Below are positions 51,428 through 62,970 of a stretch of 64,000 nucleotides of DNA, piece by piece (position 1 is the stretch's first letter; each line of letters begins with the position of its first letter). Source of the DNA: Phyllobates terribilis (Eukaryota); contig NW_027362762.1 of the NCBI RefSeq assembly GCF_046119375.1, positions 865,024,001 to 865,088,000 of the forward strand. The letters run 5' to 3'. Under the pieces are notes generated by a model. That model did not search any database. It had not been told where the DNA came from and saw only the letters and a list, made by a program, of their open reading frames with translations. Position numbers and translations under genes: made by a program.

Positions 51428-51930
51428 TAAAAGCCAAACCAGAATCTCAGTTTGCAGACACAGTATTTTGGGGTATTGTCCTTGATCTGCAAATTATGAT
51501 TCTGGTTTGGCTTTTATCCTAAGTCATGTGATAAGGCTCGTTAATGTGCCAATATTGACTTTTAGGATTGCTACTACCAATAGGTGGCACTGGAGTTCTA
51601 GTTCTCTTCCTCTCTGAAGAGACAATTTACATATTTAATTTCCCAAAGCAGCATGCATGGCATATGAGTCTCCTCACATTGACATGCCAAGCTTGTCACT
51701 CTCCACAAGCAGAAAACTTTACCCCTTAGATGCCAGTCTTAAGTCTGTCATACAGCCAAATCAGATCTCATGATTTGCACTGATGAGGTACTACACCCCG
51801 AAACACCGTGTCTGCAAGTTAAGAGTCATATTGAAAGGCTCATTAAAGGGTCGATAATGACTTTTAGTATTGCTTCTTCCAATAGGTGGCACTAGAGTTC
51901 TAGTCCTCTTCCTCTCTGAAGAGGTGATTT
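51428..51930 (+). mobile_element. Non-coding retrozyme-like element: inverted 5' fragment, 325-nt monomer, partial direct repeat
   Basis: TC^TGCAA at 51487 and 51812; repeat of GACTTTTAG..TTGCT.CT.CCAATAGGTGGCACT.GAGTTCTAG.CTCTTCCTCTCTGAAGAG; 51428-51482 is the reverse complement of the ribozyme 3' region. Confidence 0.75.
51775..51817 (+). ncRNA. Minimal type-I hammerhead ribozyme
   Basis: TTGCA-CTGATGA-GG(TACTACACC)CC-GAAA-CA(CCG)TG-TC^TGCAA: intact core, GUC site, perfect stems I and III; stem II weakened. Confidence 0.85.
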
Positions 51931-53094
51931 GTATCCTTCAGCCACGGCCCCACTATCAGTATTCGGTCAGTATTTTTTCAGTTAGTGCTGGCGCCGTCCA
52001 TGATATTTGAATACTGCTCCCGACAAGCGCTAGGTTTGAGGGGCGCTGATAAGATATATTACAAAGTTTTTTTATTTTCACATCTATTAATGATTTACAA
52101 AAGTAAATTTAAAATGACTGATACTCTTTGGGAGCTTTTTTTTTTTAATTCCTTAAAGTTGGACAACCTCTTTAACATAAGTTGTGTGCGACTATAATTT
52201 GCTCGTGATACGTCTGCAGCTTGGTTTTGTTTTTTTACAGTAAAGTATCCTGTTTGTAATAGTCGCGGACAGCAGGCTGCAGAGTAATCGCACCCCTTTT
52301 TTGGTGATGTGATTTGTATGAGACGTAGAAGATAGAACACGGACACACATGGGGTTATTCCGTTTTCTTTTGCGGATCAGCAAAAAAATAAATGGAGACC
52401 CTTTTTTGATACTATTTACAGATCAAACTCACCCATTTAAATCAGTTAAAAAAGACTGGAAGGCACATGAAGCTGTTGAGTTCAGGTCAGAAGACCCAAG
52501 AACGATCTGATCATCGCAGTTTGTATTAGAACCGTGAATGTCGGCTGTGTGAAACCTGACTACGCGTCCATTCACACTACTGTAATCGCCCACCCTTGGC
52601 CGCAGGTCTCCGGTCCGGAACTAACAGCCTTGTATCTGCCTCTGAGAATGATACTTCAGGCTAGAAGACCCATAATGGGGCCAGGCATTGAAGCCCAAAA
52701 CACGGACGGTAAAATAGGGCACCCTTAGTGGCGGCTTCCAATGTCATCATGTAAACTAACTTCATCAGCATCTAGGATTCAATCTCAGAATTGTCTGCAG
52801 CAAATCATTCGTGTGAGAACATGTCCCTAGCAATGACCCGCAGCTCTCATTATATTATGGTACACCTCATCAGTATGCTAAAAACGGAAACAGTGGGATA
52901 ATGGCTTTAATTTTAATCAACGGTAGATACCTTGTCATTTGATTTGGGACTGCATACACATGACAAAGATGTTCTGCAGGAGCTGTGCTATGTGGCCTGA
53001 CCTTAGTCAAAAGCAAAATGATCATTAACAATACTTTATCTATGTGGAGCTGAGATCAGACCAACGTTACCTTTGTCCAGGATTAAATAATTAA

Positions 53095-53561
53095 AAGGAA
53101 CCTGTCACCTCCACAAACACAGATACCAAGGTAATCTGTAGGTAAATAGTGTTTAATCCTGTGTAGCCAGGTACTGGAGCAGGGCCTGCAGGGAGAAAAT
53201 GAACTTATATCCTCTCTGCAGCCGCTCATTGAAGCGGTGCAGGGAGCGGATACAACCACCGCTCACTATACAGTAATCACTTCCCCAGTGCTCTGAGTGA
53301 CAGCCAGCTCTGCACTCACACTCTGCGTATACACACGCCACAGAACTGACTGTCAATCAATGTACCGGGGAGTTATTACAGCCGCACTCACTGTGTAGTG
53401 ATCGATGACAGTTCAACGCCCCGATGACTGAAAGCAAGCGGCTGCAGGGAAGATATAAGTTCACTTTCTCCCTGTAGCCGCTGCTCCAGTGTACGGCTAA
53501 ACATGATTTAAATGCTATTTATCTGTTGCTAAATATCATTTCTGGAGGTGACAGGTTCCCT
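53095..53561. mobile_element. T2/Kolobok-type palindromic MITE
   Basis: TTAA|AAGGAACCTGTCACCTCCA ... TGGAGGTGACAGGTTCCCT|TTAA. Confidence 0.8.
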
Positions 53562-54223
53562 TTAAAAATGATAATGATTAGTTGATCTGTCCTAAATTGG
53601 AAAGTTTTAGGGTTCCTTGCCAGCATAAAACATAACCTTAAGGATATGTGCACACGGGGAAAAATGGCATAATCTGCAGTGACAAAACCTACTGCATACT
53701 TCATTGAAAAATGCTGCCGTTTTAACCCTTTGCATTTTTTAAAAGGGAGAGAATTCCTGGGGAAATCTGCAGCACATATCGGCATGCTACAGATGTCAAA
53801 TTCACAGCGCCGCTCATTTTATACTGCAGATTTTCTCCTTTTTGTGTGATGGAGATTTCATAAAATGTGCTGTAAAATGTAGGAGATTTCAGTTTCACCC
53901 CCGTCTGTGTACACCCGAAGCATGTGAATGACTGATCATTAAAAAGTATTAAAATATAGGTAAGTATTATAGGTATAGTAAGAGTTAATAAGATACAAAA
54001 AAAATCAGTACTCATCTGTGCATATCCCTACCGTGATGGCGTGCTGTACACACGTTACCGCTGCAGCTAATCTCTAGGAATAGTGTTCATGTGCCATACA
54101 TGCTAGCTAAGCAGAGTGACTGGCTGCAGTGGTTACATGTAGACGGGTACTGAACCATTTTTTTTAGATTCTGCACAACCCCTCATAAATTGAGATCTCA
54201 CTGTTGTACATTGTTGTCTTCAG

Positions 54224-54365
54224 GGAAAAGAACAAGATGTCTGTCGGATAATCCAGGCTCTAAATGATTGCTTGACGGCTGTACCCAGAGAAAGGCTTCG
54301 TAAAGTCTCACGAATCGGGGTGTCTGGACAAATGCACGGAGTCTTATTTTGGAGAAGCGGCCAAG
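54224..54365 (+). CDS. SHPK: SHPK coding exon 2: GKEQDVCRIIQALNDCLTAVPRERLRKVSRIGVSGQMHGVLFWRSGQ
   Basis: CAG|GGA; IGVSGQMHG FGGY motif; 142 nt; donor G|GTGTAA. Confidence 0.96.
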
Positions 54366-54709
54366 GTGTAATATCTGGGTGATATTGATATGTATTTTCC
54401 CTTTTTTTCCGCTTTTATCATAATGAAGTTGATTGGAAAAAGGCTTTCCGGCATGTAAAACCCATTTTCTAATATCCTATAAGGTAATTCCGGAAGATAA
54501 AGGGGTTTCCCACTGCGGTACAACTTATTAATGAGCCCAGGGATGTGAAAAAGAAATATTTTTTAGCCTTTTTTGTGCTTTTAGATCCTAGTAAGGGTAA
54601 GTGCTCACAACTTATTTTTCGGGCAGGTCCACTCCAAAACCAACCAGAAAAGGCACCCAGAAAATGCTGAAAGGAATTAACATGTGATTGTCTATGTAAA
54701 ATCACTTAA

Positions 54710-55111
54710 AGAGGTTGTCCACTACTTTTTCACTGATGACCCATCCTTAGGATAGTTCATCAATGTCTGATCGGTCGGGACCCAACACCCAGCGTCCCCG
54801 CTGATCAGCTGTTATAGTTTACGGCCGCCGGCCTGAAATGCTCAATTGTGGAGCTGCTCCATCTTCTGATATTTTCCGAGGCGGGGAACTACACATCATC
54901 CTCCCCATATGGATTTGAATAGGAGGCGGATGTGCAGTACCCAGTCACGGCCACTATCAGAAGACGGAGCAGCTCCACAATTGAGCATTTGTGGCCACCT
55001 CCGTGAACAGCTGATCGGCGGGGGGGTGCCAGGTATCAGACCCTGACCAATCCGACATTGATCACCTATCCCAAGGATAGGTCATCAATGAAAAAGTAGT
55101 GGACAACCTCT
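54710..55111. mobile_element. T2/Kolobok-type palindromic MITE
   Basis: TTAA on both sides; long TIR AGAGGTTGTCCACTACTTTTTCA(C/T)TGATGACC. Confidence 0.88.
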
Positions 55112-55906
55112 TTAAGTAAAAAAGATGTTGGAAAAAAGCTAAAAAAAAAAAAAAAATACTCAACGCTCATAGCATCGAAAAAGTGCTCAGAAAATGACCC
55201 AAAACCACTAAAAAAGAAATTTCAGCAAAAAAAAACAAAAACCTAGGCGTTTCCTGAAATACAGTACATTTCTTTTTTCTTTTTCAAATGAATGTTTTAT
55301 TGGTTTTACAATAGAAAATATACAACAGTAAACAAATAAGGAAAATGGAAGAAAGTCGTGTGCAAGTTTCTCAACATTTGTATTGATTAAACATATAAGT
55401 TTGTATAGAAACTTGACAATGGTGTGTACTTTTGTCTTATAAGAAAATACTCATGTATGAGGATCAATAGAGAAAAGAGAATAAAGGAAAAAGAAGGAAG
55501 GTTTAGTGGTTGACCATGGAAATCAAACACATCGTGGGAAAACAATTGGTGCTCATGAGGTTTATGATGTCAACGGATACAAATGTCTCAAAATAATCCT
55601 CTATGACAGGGAAGATAAAAAGGTTTCCCAGTGAAACCATTACCATTCATGGCTATCTCTTCTTGAGTTTAAGCTATTAACATTTCCATAAGTTGGATCA
55701 TCGCAACTTCAGCAAACCATTCCTCTAATGATGGAAAGTCTGCTGACCTCCAGTGACCGGGAGTTACTGTCTTTGCAGCTTGGTGGAGATGTCACAACAA
55801 TGATTTTTTTATCGCCATATCTGAAAAATGGAAACATGTATATAAAAATACCACTTCTGGCTTCTTGGGGATTCCCACCCCAGTTTCCTTCAGAATAACC
55901 TTTAAA

Positions 55907-57213
55907 AGGGGTGGTCCGGCACCTAAAATGTATTTTCTAATATCTATCCTTACACCCTAACCACTTTTGTAACTTGCTTTATTACACAATACCCTACACT
56001 TCTCCCCGTCTCAAACAGGACGTCACAGGAAGCTGGGGCTGCTCTCACTTCACAAAGCATCCATCGCCCCTCCTGGGACAGGACATCAAAGGGGGCAGTG
56101 CTGCAGTTATTCACTAGTTTCTTATATCGCTGCCCTCTCTGAAGACATTATTGATCCTGGGTGATGGATGCTGTGGGAGATGTGAGTGCAGCGCCGGCTC
56201 TCTGCTCCTATCTCCACCATAGCTTCCATGAAAGAAGATGTCGTCGGGGCAGAGATAGGAGTGTGTGACACCAACACCGCCCCGCAGCTTCTAGCACCGC
56301 CCTCAAACAAATTGTCAGCAGGGGGCGGCACTGGTGTCACTCACTTCTATATCCGCCCCCTGACTGTTATGATCTGCTACAAGCACTAAGGAAAGACAGG
56401 AGATCTGTCCCTACAATAGAACTACGCTAGATCCCTACAATGTAACGGGGAACCTGATCCTGCGATCAGACCCGCTAAAGTCCTCTGCTAGTCTGAACGA
56501 AGACCTATAGATGTGAGGGAGGGATCCCTACAAGAACTAGGGACTGGGAGAAAGATTGACACCTCCTAGCAGAAATTGTAGCAGTAAAAAGACAAACAAA
56601 CAACATAGAACATAGAGGTCCAAAGAATTAGCTAAACTGACTGAGAAAGGTAACAAAGCACCTGGCTAGCTTAAGAGTAGAAATTACAATGAAATCCAGC
56701 ATGGCCAGAAGCGCGGAGCTGGATTAAATAGGCAAAAAGGTCATGTGACCAGCAAAATAGAAAAAACCTAACAGGAGAGTTCTAACACTGACAATGTCTT
56801 CTTTCTGTTAGAAGCTATGGTGGCAGCGGAGATAGAAGCACAGAGCCGGTGCTTTACTCACATCTGCCACAGCGTCATCACCCAGGATCCAGGACTTATT
56901 TAGAGAGGACGGCGATGTAAAAAAACTAGTGAGTAGCTGCATCTCTAACCCCTGATGACGTCCTATTCCAGGAGGGGCGAGTGGACTCTGTGGGGAGTGA
57001 GTGCAGCCCCAGCCTCCTGTAACATCACATTTGAGACTCCTCTCAAACGAAACATCACATTAAGTGAAAGTGAAGTAAATAAAAACACTTATAAGGATTA
57101 GCTACATAGGGAGAAGTGTAGGGTACTGTGTAATAAAGAAAATTTAAAAAGTGGTTACGGTGTAAGGATAGATAGATAGATAGACAATACATTTTAGGTG
57201 CAGGACCACCCCT
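55907..57213. mobile_element. T2-type palindromic MITE containing a solo LTR
   Basis: AGGGGTGGTCC.GCACCTAAAATGTATT / AATACATTTTAGGTGCAGGACCACCCCT|TTAA. Confidence 0.8.
56365..56787. mobile_element. Solo LTR (423 bp)
   Basis: TGTTA...TAACA ends; 5-bp TSD CTGAC (56360-56364, 56788-56792). Confidence 0.8.
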
Positions 57214-58358
57214 TTAATGAATCCCTCCCAGAAAGTTCCCAAGACTGGGCATGACCATCAAATATGTGTCTTTGTCCCCTTATTCCCCCCCCCCATTTAT
57301 GTAAGACAGTGGGAACTCAATACTACATTGAAAACATTTTAGAACTTGTTTCTTGTGCTTTAGTTGCGATTATAGATTCATGGGATAGGTGACAACATCT
57401 AGCCCACTGCCCCTCTGTAAGTTTTTGTTGTAATTCGGTCTCCCAAGCCTTACAATAGGGAGGGAAATATTCTAAGCCTGGAGATGGCGTGCGAGGGGCC
57501 AGTGGGGTCAACACACAGCCTTTCAAAAGGGGACAAAATGTCTTCTTTTTGAAAAACTGTGCAATCATCCCTGCCTGAAAAAGCCGTCATGTGCACATAA
57601 CTTTTTTATAGCTTTGGCTAACAAATACATTGAAGGGGTTGTCCATGACTTAAAGGGTTATTTTACAGGTTTAAAGATAAATTTACTGAGCTGAGTAGCT
57701 GGACCACCAATGATCCCGAGAACAGGGCTCTGGAACCCAGGAATTAGGCTCTGCAGACCCCCATCTCGAGTGAAAAGAAGGTGCTTATTCTCCAGCTTCG
57801 CTCCATTCACTATCATTGGGGCTGGTGGATAAACCCGAGTACGACGCTTCAGCCGTCCCATAGACAATGAATGAAGAGGAGGTCGAACTTGTGCTCCTCC
57901 ATTCTCAATGGGGCTCTGGTTTCTCGGTTATACGGGATTGCTTGAGCTGTTTTATTGGGGATTATTTCTGATTTTGGGAGTAATCCTCTAAAAGGAACCT
58001 GTTAGGCAATTCATGCTACCCAAACCGCAGGCAGCATGAATCTCTACTGATAGTTCAAGTCTGCAAGGAAAAAATAAGCAGCATGTGCATGAGATATTTT
58101 GCTGGTGCTGTAAAACTCTGGGTTTTCTTACCCTTGAATCTTGCTGGTACTTTAATATGCAGAACTTTTTACCCTTTAAAAAAAAAGAAAAAAAGCTCGT
58201 CAGGCAAACACGTTTTTTTTTTTTTAACCCTTGAAAAACACACGGTAAAAAACGCAACATATAAACAAGCCCCCAATGTTAGTGGATGTGTTAATTTGTG
58301 AAGCTCTGGCGCTCCTCTGCAATCAGGACGGGATCTATATATCTTTCTATTTTGTTAG

Positions 58359-58542
58359 GATGTCATTGGATTAATAGCGAAAATCTCAGGGTCTTTGAGC
58401 CAAACGAAGTCAGCCGACTAGTGACCTGGGAAGATGGACGATGCACTACAGATTTCTTATCCTCCTTACCGCAGCCGCAGTCCCATCTGAACGTGGCATC
58501 AGGGTTCGGCTGCACTACTATATTCTGGTATTTAAAGAACAG
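58359..58542 (+). CDS. SHPK: SHPK coding exon 3: (G)CHWINSENLRVFEPNEVSRLVTWEDGRCTTDFLSSLPQPQSHLNVASGFGCTTIFWYLKN(R)
   Basis: TAG|GA ... AG|GTAAAA; 184 nt. Confidence 0.97.
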
Positions 58543-59449
58543 GTAAAATATACAGTTATAGCAGAAAAGATGCTAAATTGAAAAATGTGTCAAAAAGCAA
58601 AAATTCTAAGAATGTGAATTGGTACCATAGTTGTTGCAGCTGGCAAATGTTTGACTATAGGGATATAAAGATGTTTTTCGAGTGCAGTAAAGTAACCTTT
58701 TTTCTGGATTACTGGTGACTGGTTATAGTTAAATCCTACCTGCCCTTACAGAAAACCTGTAGAAAAGCTTGGTCCTGCTGACCTCATCGTTTTCATCCAG
58801 TTAAAACTGCTTTTTTAAAAATCGAATTCTCATACACTATAATTCGCCGTCCACTCGTTTTGAAATGCTGTTCCTTCTAATCAGCATGCTGCCAGCACTC
58901 TAGGTTTAGGAACTTCCTTTCCCACCACTTGCAAGTATGAATTCCTCCTGCTGGACATAATAGCAGAAGCAGAGAGATAAAGACCAGCCTACGTCCTTTA
59001 ATCAGTCTCTGTCTCTGCTGCTAGGGACTGATTACACCTGACAACAGGCAGGGGAAAGCGCCTTAGACAGAAGGGAGACACCTAGTGGTCAGTACTTTTG
59101 GATTGATTTTTTTTTTTAGCGGTAAGACAACATAACTTGTAAGTAAAGTGATTTGCAGACTGTCTACTTATAACATCATATGAGATTAAGTTGTCTGAAT
59201 GTGCAGAGACGATTTAAGGTTTTAGCTAATAGTGTTCCTTCCAATATTTCCAAGTCTTAGGACTCTCATTGAAGATGATTTAGGCCCTGTTTACATTACG
59301 TTTCTAGCCTATATTGGAGGTATATGTCAGGAGGGTGTCCACTGATAGACTGTCATTTTAAAAATGCCGTATCGTGCTTTTGTATGCTTTCTAGTCCTAG
59401 GGATACATTTGGCATTTATGTTGAGCACTTGATGTGAAGAGGGCCTTAA

Positions 59450-59869
59450 AGGGAGTCTGTCACTGGGTTTTTGCCTCTTAATCTGAGAGCAGTTTGATGT
59501 AATGGCTGAGACCCTGAATCCAGCGATGTCTCACTTACTGGGCTGCTTGCTGTAGTTTTGATAAATTCACTTTTATGAGCAAGAGGCTAGTAAACCTGCT
59601 GCCATGTAATCCTCTCCATATTCATCAGCACTGTATAACCCCGACCCCACCACTGATTGGCTGCTTTCTCTGCACATAGTCAGAAAGCTGCCAATCAGTG
59701 GTGGCGGTGGGGTTATACAGAGCTCTGCATTCAGCAACCTGGTAGATCTGCAGCAGAGAAAACTTTTTATCAAAACTGCAGCAAGCAGCCCAGTAAGTGA
59801 CACATCGCTGAAATCAGGGTCTTTGTCCCTACATCATACTGGTAGCAAAGACCTGATGGCAGATTTCTT
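59450..59869. mobile_element. T2/Kolobok-type MITE (27067-27466 family)
   Basis: TTAA|AGGGAGTCTGTCA start; palindromic arms TCTCACTTACTGGGCTGCTTGCTG / CAGCAAGCAGCCCAGTAAGTGACA. Confidence 0.7.
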
Positions 59870-61265
59870 TTAAAGGAAAACACCATTTTTGAACAATGTA
59901 CAAAACTGCATTGTACATAAAATGCTGGTTTATTTTCCTTATGGAAGTAATATGATTTTATTACTGTATCTGTTGTAGGAAGATGTATAAACAGTAGAAA
60001 GACTATCATGGGGGGGGGCATCAGTGTAATGGCCATAACAGTGTGATCTCACCACGATATAAGACGGCCGGGTCACATGAAACTCCCTTTGTGTCCTAAA
60101 GGCAAATGCCAGGAATCCGCAGGACTGCGGCTGTGTCACATGCTTTTTACAGTCCGGGATTTATACCGTTCCTGGGATATCAGATTATCAAAATCTTCAA
60201 ACAAAAAATCTGAAATTATTTGTGAGAGTCCTTTTTATTGTCTTAAAGGGTTTTTTTGGGAATACATTTTTCTTTATCCTCATCGGTTTACACTAGGTTA
60301 TCATAAACTCAGGTATTACGCACGCCCTGCTGGTCCAACGCTGCCTCTCTGCTGCTGCTCCGGACATGGTGAATCAGTATCTAATGCCTTCCTGGAACTT
60401 GTTGTACTTGTAAGTTATGAGTATGCCCCAAATATCTTGACTTGCACATGTTACAATAAAGACAAGTTGTAACGTGCAGAATTTGGATCTGGTCCCTTGG
60501 AATCCTTTTGGGAACCTGCTTTTCTGCTGCAGTCAATCACTGGGCTCAGCAGCTCGTGCTGTCTACATCTGAGTCACATATGAGCTCAGTGATTGGCTGC
60601 AGCGTTCATATTCACTGTCACAGCTGCAGCCTGTCTACAAAGAAAGGAGCTGCAGCAGAGAGGCAGCACTGGACCTGGAGGAATGAATAACATCTGCGTT
60701 TATTATTTTAGGATGGGAATGTAATATTTATTACCGAAAAAAACACTTTTAAGATTTTCTTATGCATTAGATTATTGTAATCCGAACCCGAAAATTGACT
60801 AATGTGTATGGGAGTCTCCTGACTCTCAGGTGACCGGTAATGTCCGGGGAGGTGAAGCATGTTGGATAACTCCCAGTACTTTTCTTCCTACAGGAGATGA
60901 TGGGCCTCATTGTCTTGTTGCTTATTGCTCTACTTTTGCCATTGACAGCACATGCACGCTCGTCCAGATATGAGAGTGCAGGTGTATGGAGGTCAGGAGA
61001 CATAGCTTCCAGCCCAGCAAAACTTTAGGTTTATGGGAACCTTTCCTGGAAGTTATTCCTTGGTCAATAGAATATATTATAAAATGGCGATTGATGCTAT
61101 TTGGCTACCGGGATCCTCACCAATCCCAAGAACATATGTTTGGTCACTCTCCGGACACTGCGAACAGAGAACCTGCTCTCCCCTGGAAATCGACGGCAAA
61201 GCCGTGGATTGCTGTTGTCCTAAGGTTGGTTCATATCCTAACCGGTCCCTTTATGTATTGTACAG

Positions 61266-61418
61266 GCCTGACTTCCTTCAGCAATATGACTCTGCTGGTA
61301 CAATCCAGGACTACGTTGTCTCCATGCTGTGCGGCCTCCAGAAACCAGTGATGTCTGTGCAGAATGCTGCTAGCTGGGGCTATTTTAATACCAGGACCAA
61401 AACCTGGAACACAGATAT
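61266..61418 (+). CDS. SHPK: SHPK coding exon 4: PDFLQQYDSAGTIQDYVVSMLCGLQKPVMSVQNAASWGYFNTRTKTWNTD(I)
   Basis: CAG|G ... AT|GTAAGT; 153 nt; QNAASWGYF motif. Confidence 0.97.
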
Positions 61419-61499
61419 GTAAGTACAGTAGTGTCTCTTATCTCGTAAGCTTTCATCTGATCGGTTCCTTGGTTTGTAGACTTCCACTTTCAACACAGC

Positions 61500-61860
61500 A
61501 AAGTATATAGAGTTTCAAACTGACCACTTTCTTCCATGGTACAAAAAGAAGAACCGTGGCATCCATAGCAAAATCATCTTCATGCTGACAAGGCAGCATA
61601 TCATGCTACAAAGAATACCTCAGAGTCATTGGCTGCTATGGGCATAAAAGGAGAGAAACTAATGGGGTGGCCACCATTCTCCCTGACCTCAACCCTAATG
61701 AGAACCTTTTGAATATCCTCAAATAAAAGGTCTATGATTGCAGGTGGCAGCTCACATAAGAACAGCAGCTCTGGAGACTATTCTGACATCCTGCAAAGAA
61801 ACTCAAGCAGAAACTATCCAAAAACTCCGAAGTTCAATGGATGCAGACTGATGTTTATGG
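61500..61860 (+). mobile_element. Degenerate Tc1-like transposase remnant, DD37E (TRT)-like spacing
   Basis: FLPWYKKKNR...DKAAYHATKNTSESLAAMGIKGEKLMGWPP..PDLNP.ENL with frameshifts. Confidence 0.6.
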
Positions 61861-61900
61861 CTGACCAATACAGCTTTTACAAGGCTATCACTCAGTTCTC

Positions 61901-62223
61901 AATATGCAAATTGTCTCTTCAGAGAGGAAGAGGACTGGATCTCTATCGCCTCCTATTGGAAGTAGCAATCCTAAAAGTCTATATCTACCCTTTAATGAGC
62001 CTTCCCAAATGACTTAGGATAAAAGCAAAATGTTTCGGGGTGTTCCCTCTCGCCAGAGGAGCACTGTGTAGCTTATAAGCCTCCTTACACTGGCATGCCA
62101 GTGTAAAAGCCAAACCAGAATCTCAATTTGCTGACGTGTTTCAGGGTGTTGCCCCTCCTCAGTGCTAAGCATGAGATCAGATTTGGCTGCATGAGAGGCC
62201 TCTGACTGGGGCTTAAGGGGTAA
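61901..62223 (-). mobile_element. Rearranged second copy of the retrozyme-like element, with a degenerate hammerhead at 62127-62168 (-)
   Basis: Minus strand TTAGCA-CTGAGGA-GGGG(CAACA)CCCT-GAAAC-AC-GTC^AGCAAA; minus pieces 61901-62051 and 62104-62223 flank a plus piece 62053-62102, all homologous to the 51488-51812 monomer. Confidence 0.75.
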
Positions 62224-62569
62224 GAACCCCTTGGTAAAGACCATAAAATGATCATTAAATAAAAAGGCTCATATCTCTGGAACAGTATGGCGGATTTAAA
62301 AAAAACTTAGTAATCAGCAGAGCAGTAGGAATAAAATAACAAAAACAGGTCATTTTTGACCCGGTGACGAGTCTTCTTTAAAGTTAAAGTTTGCTACACC
62401 TGTAAGTCTAGATAAACTTGAGGCATCTTTCTAGAAGTAATAATGGCATCCATGTTTGTTTTTTTCTGCCACTTCCAGAGGCTTCTTGCAATGTATTGTG
62501 GTGTTTTATTTGTTAGTGTTTTTTTATGATTATTTTTTTTCTGATGTCATCACTGTTTTTCTTTATTAG

Positions 62570-62745
62570 ATTGGAAGCGTACGGTTTTCCTTTATGTCTC
62601 CTCCCGACTGTGGTGGATGCGGGGTGTATGGCAGGGAAGACCTCCTATGAATGGTGCGGGATCCCTCAGGGGACAGAAGTTGGCATCGCTTTGGGAGATT
62701 TTCAGTGTTCAGTTTATAGTTCTCTAAACGAAAGCACGGATGCAG
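62570..62745 (+). CDS. SHPK: SHPK coding exon 5: LEAYGFPLCLLPTVVDAGCMAGKTSYEWCGIPQGTEVGIALGDFQCSVYSSLNESTDA; later exons lie beyond the window
   Basis: TAG|A ... G|GTACGG; 176 nt; ALGDFQCS FGGY motif. Confidence 0.96.
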
Positions 62746-62809
62746 GTACGGGTATACAGCAATCCACCTACTCCACCGGCATAAATCTGCATTTATGCAC
62801 CATATATGA

Positions 62810-62970
62810 TAATAATAATCATTTTTATTTTTATATTTCCAACATATTCCGCAGCACTTTACAATTTTTTTGGGGGGGAGGGCTTGAACAGACAAAAAGA
62901 CATTACAAAATAAGCATAATTCAGATATTAAAGGGAGTGAGGGCCCTGCTCGCAAGCTTACAGTCTATAT
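62810..62970 (-). mobile_element. L2/CR1-type LINE 3' end fragment
   Basis: Minus strand TAGACTGTAAGCTTGCGAGCAGGGCCCTC ... AAAGTGCTGCGGAATATGTTGG...(ATT)n tail; tail shared with the SINE at 33405-33643. Confidence 0.6.

Larger units (their letters stand above)
55270..57560 (-). mobile_element. Degenerate L1-type LINE 3' end (ORF2 C-terminus), split by a MITE at 55907-57213
   Basis: Minus-strand remnants WETELQQKLTEGQW...YWVPTVLH...FWEG and AAK...HWRS...PSLEEWFAEV...ME; T-rich tail at about 55268-55300. Confidence 0.7.

Noticed and set aside
54366-54373. Tandem GTGT donor at SHPK exon 2
   Set aside because: The first GT preserves the frame and fits the consensus better; the second would frameshift and is the weaker match
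61033-61265. N-terminal extensions of ORFs containing SHPK exons (also 58298-58358, 62526-62569) and CTNS exons
   Set aside because: Intron sequence that happens to be open upstream of clear AG acceptors
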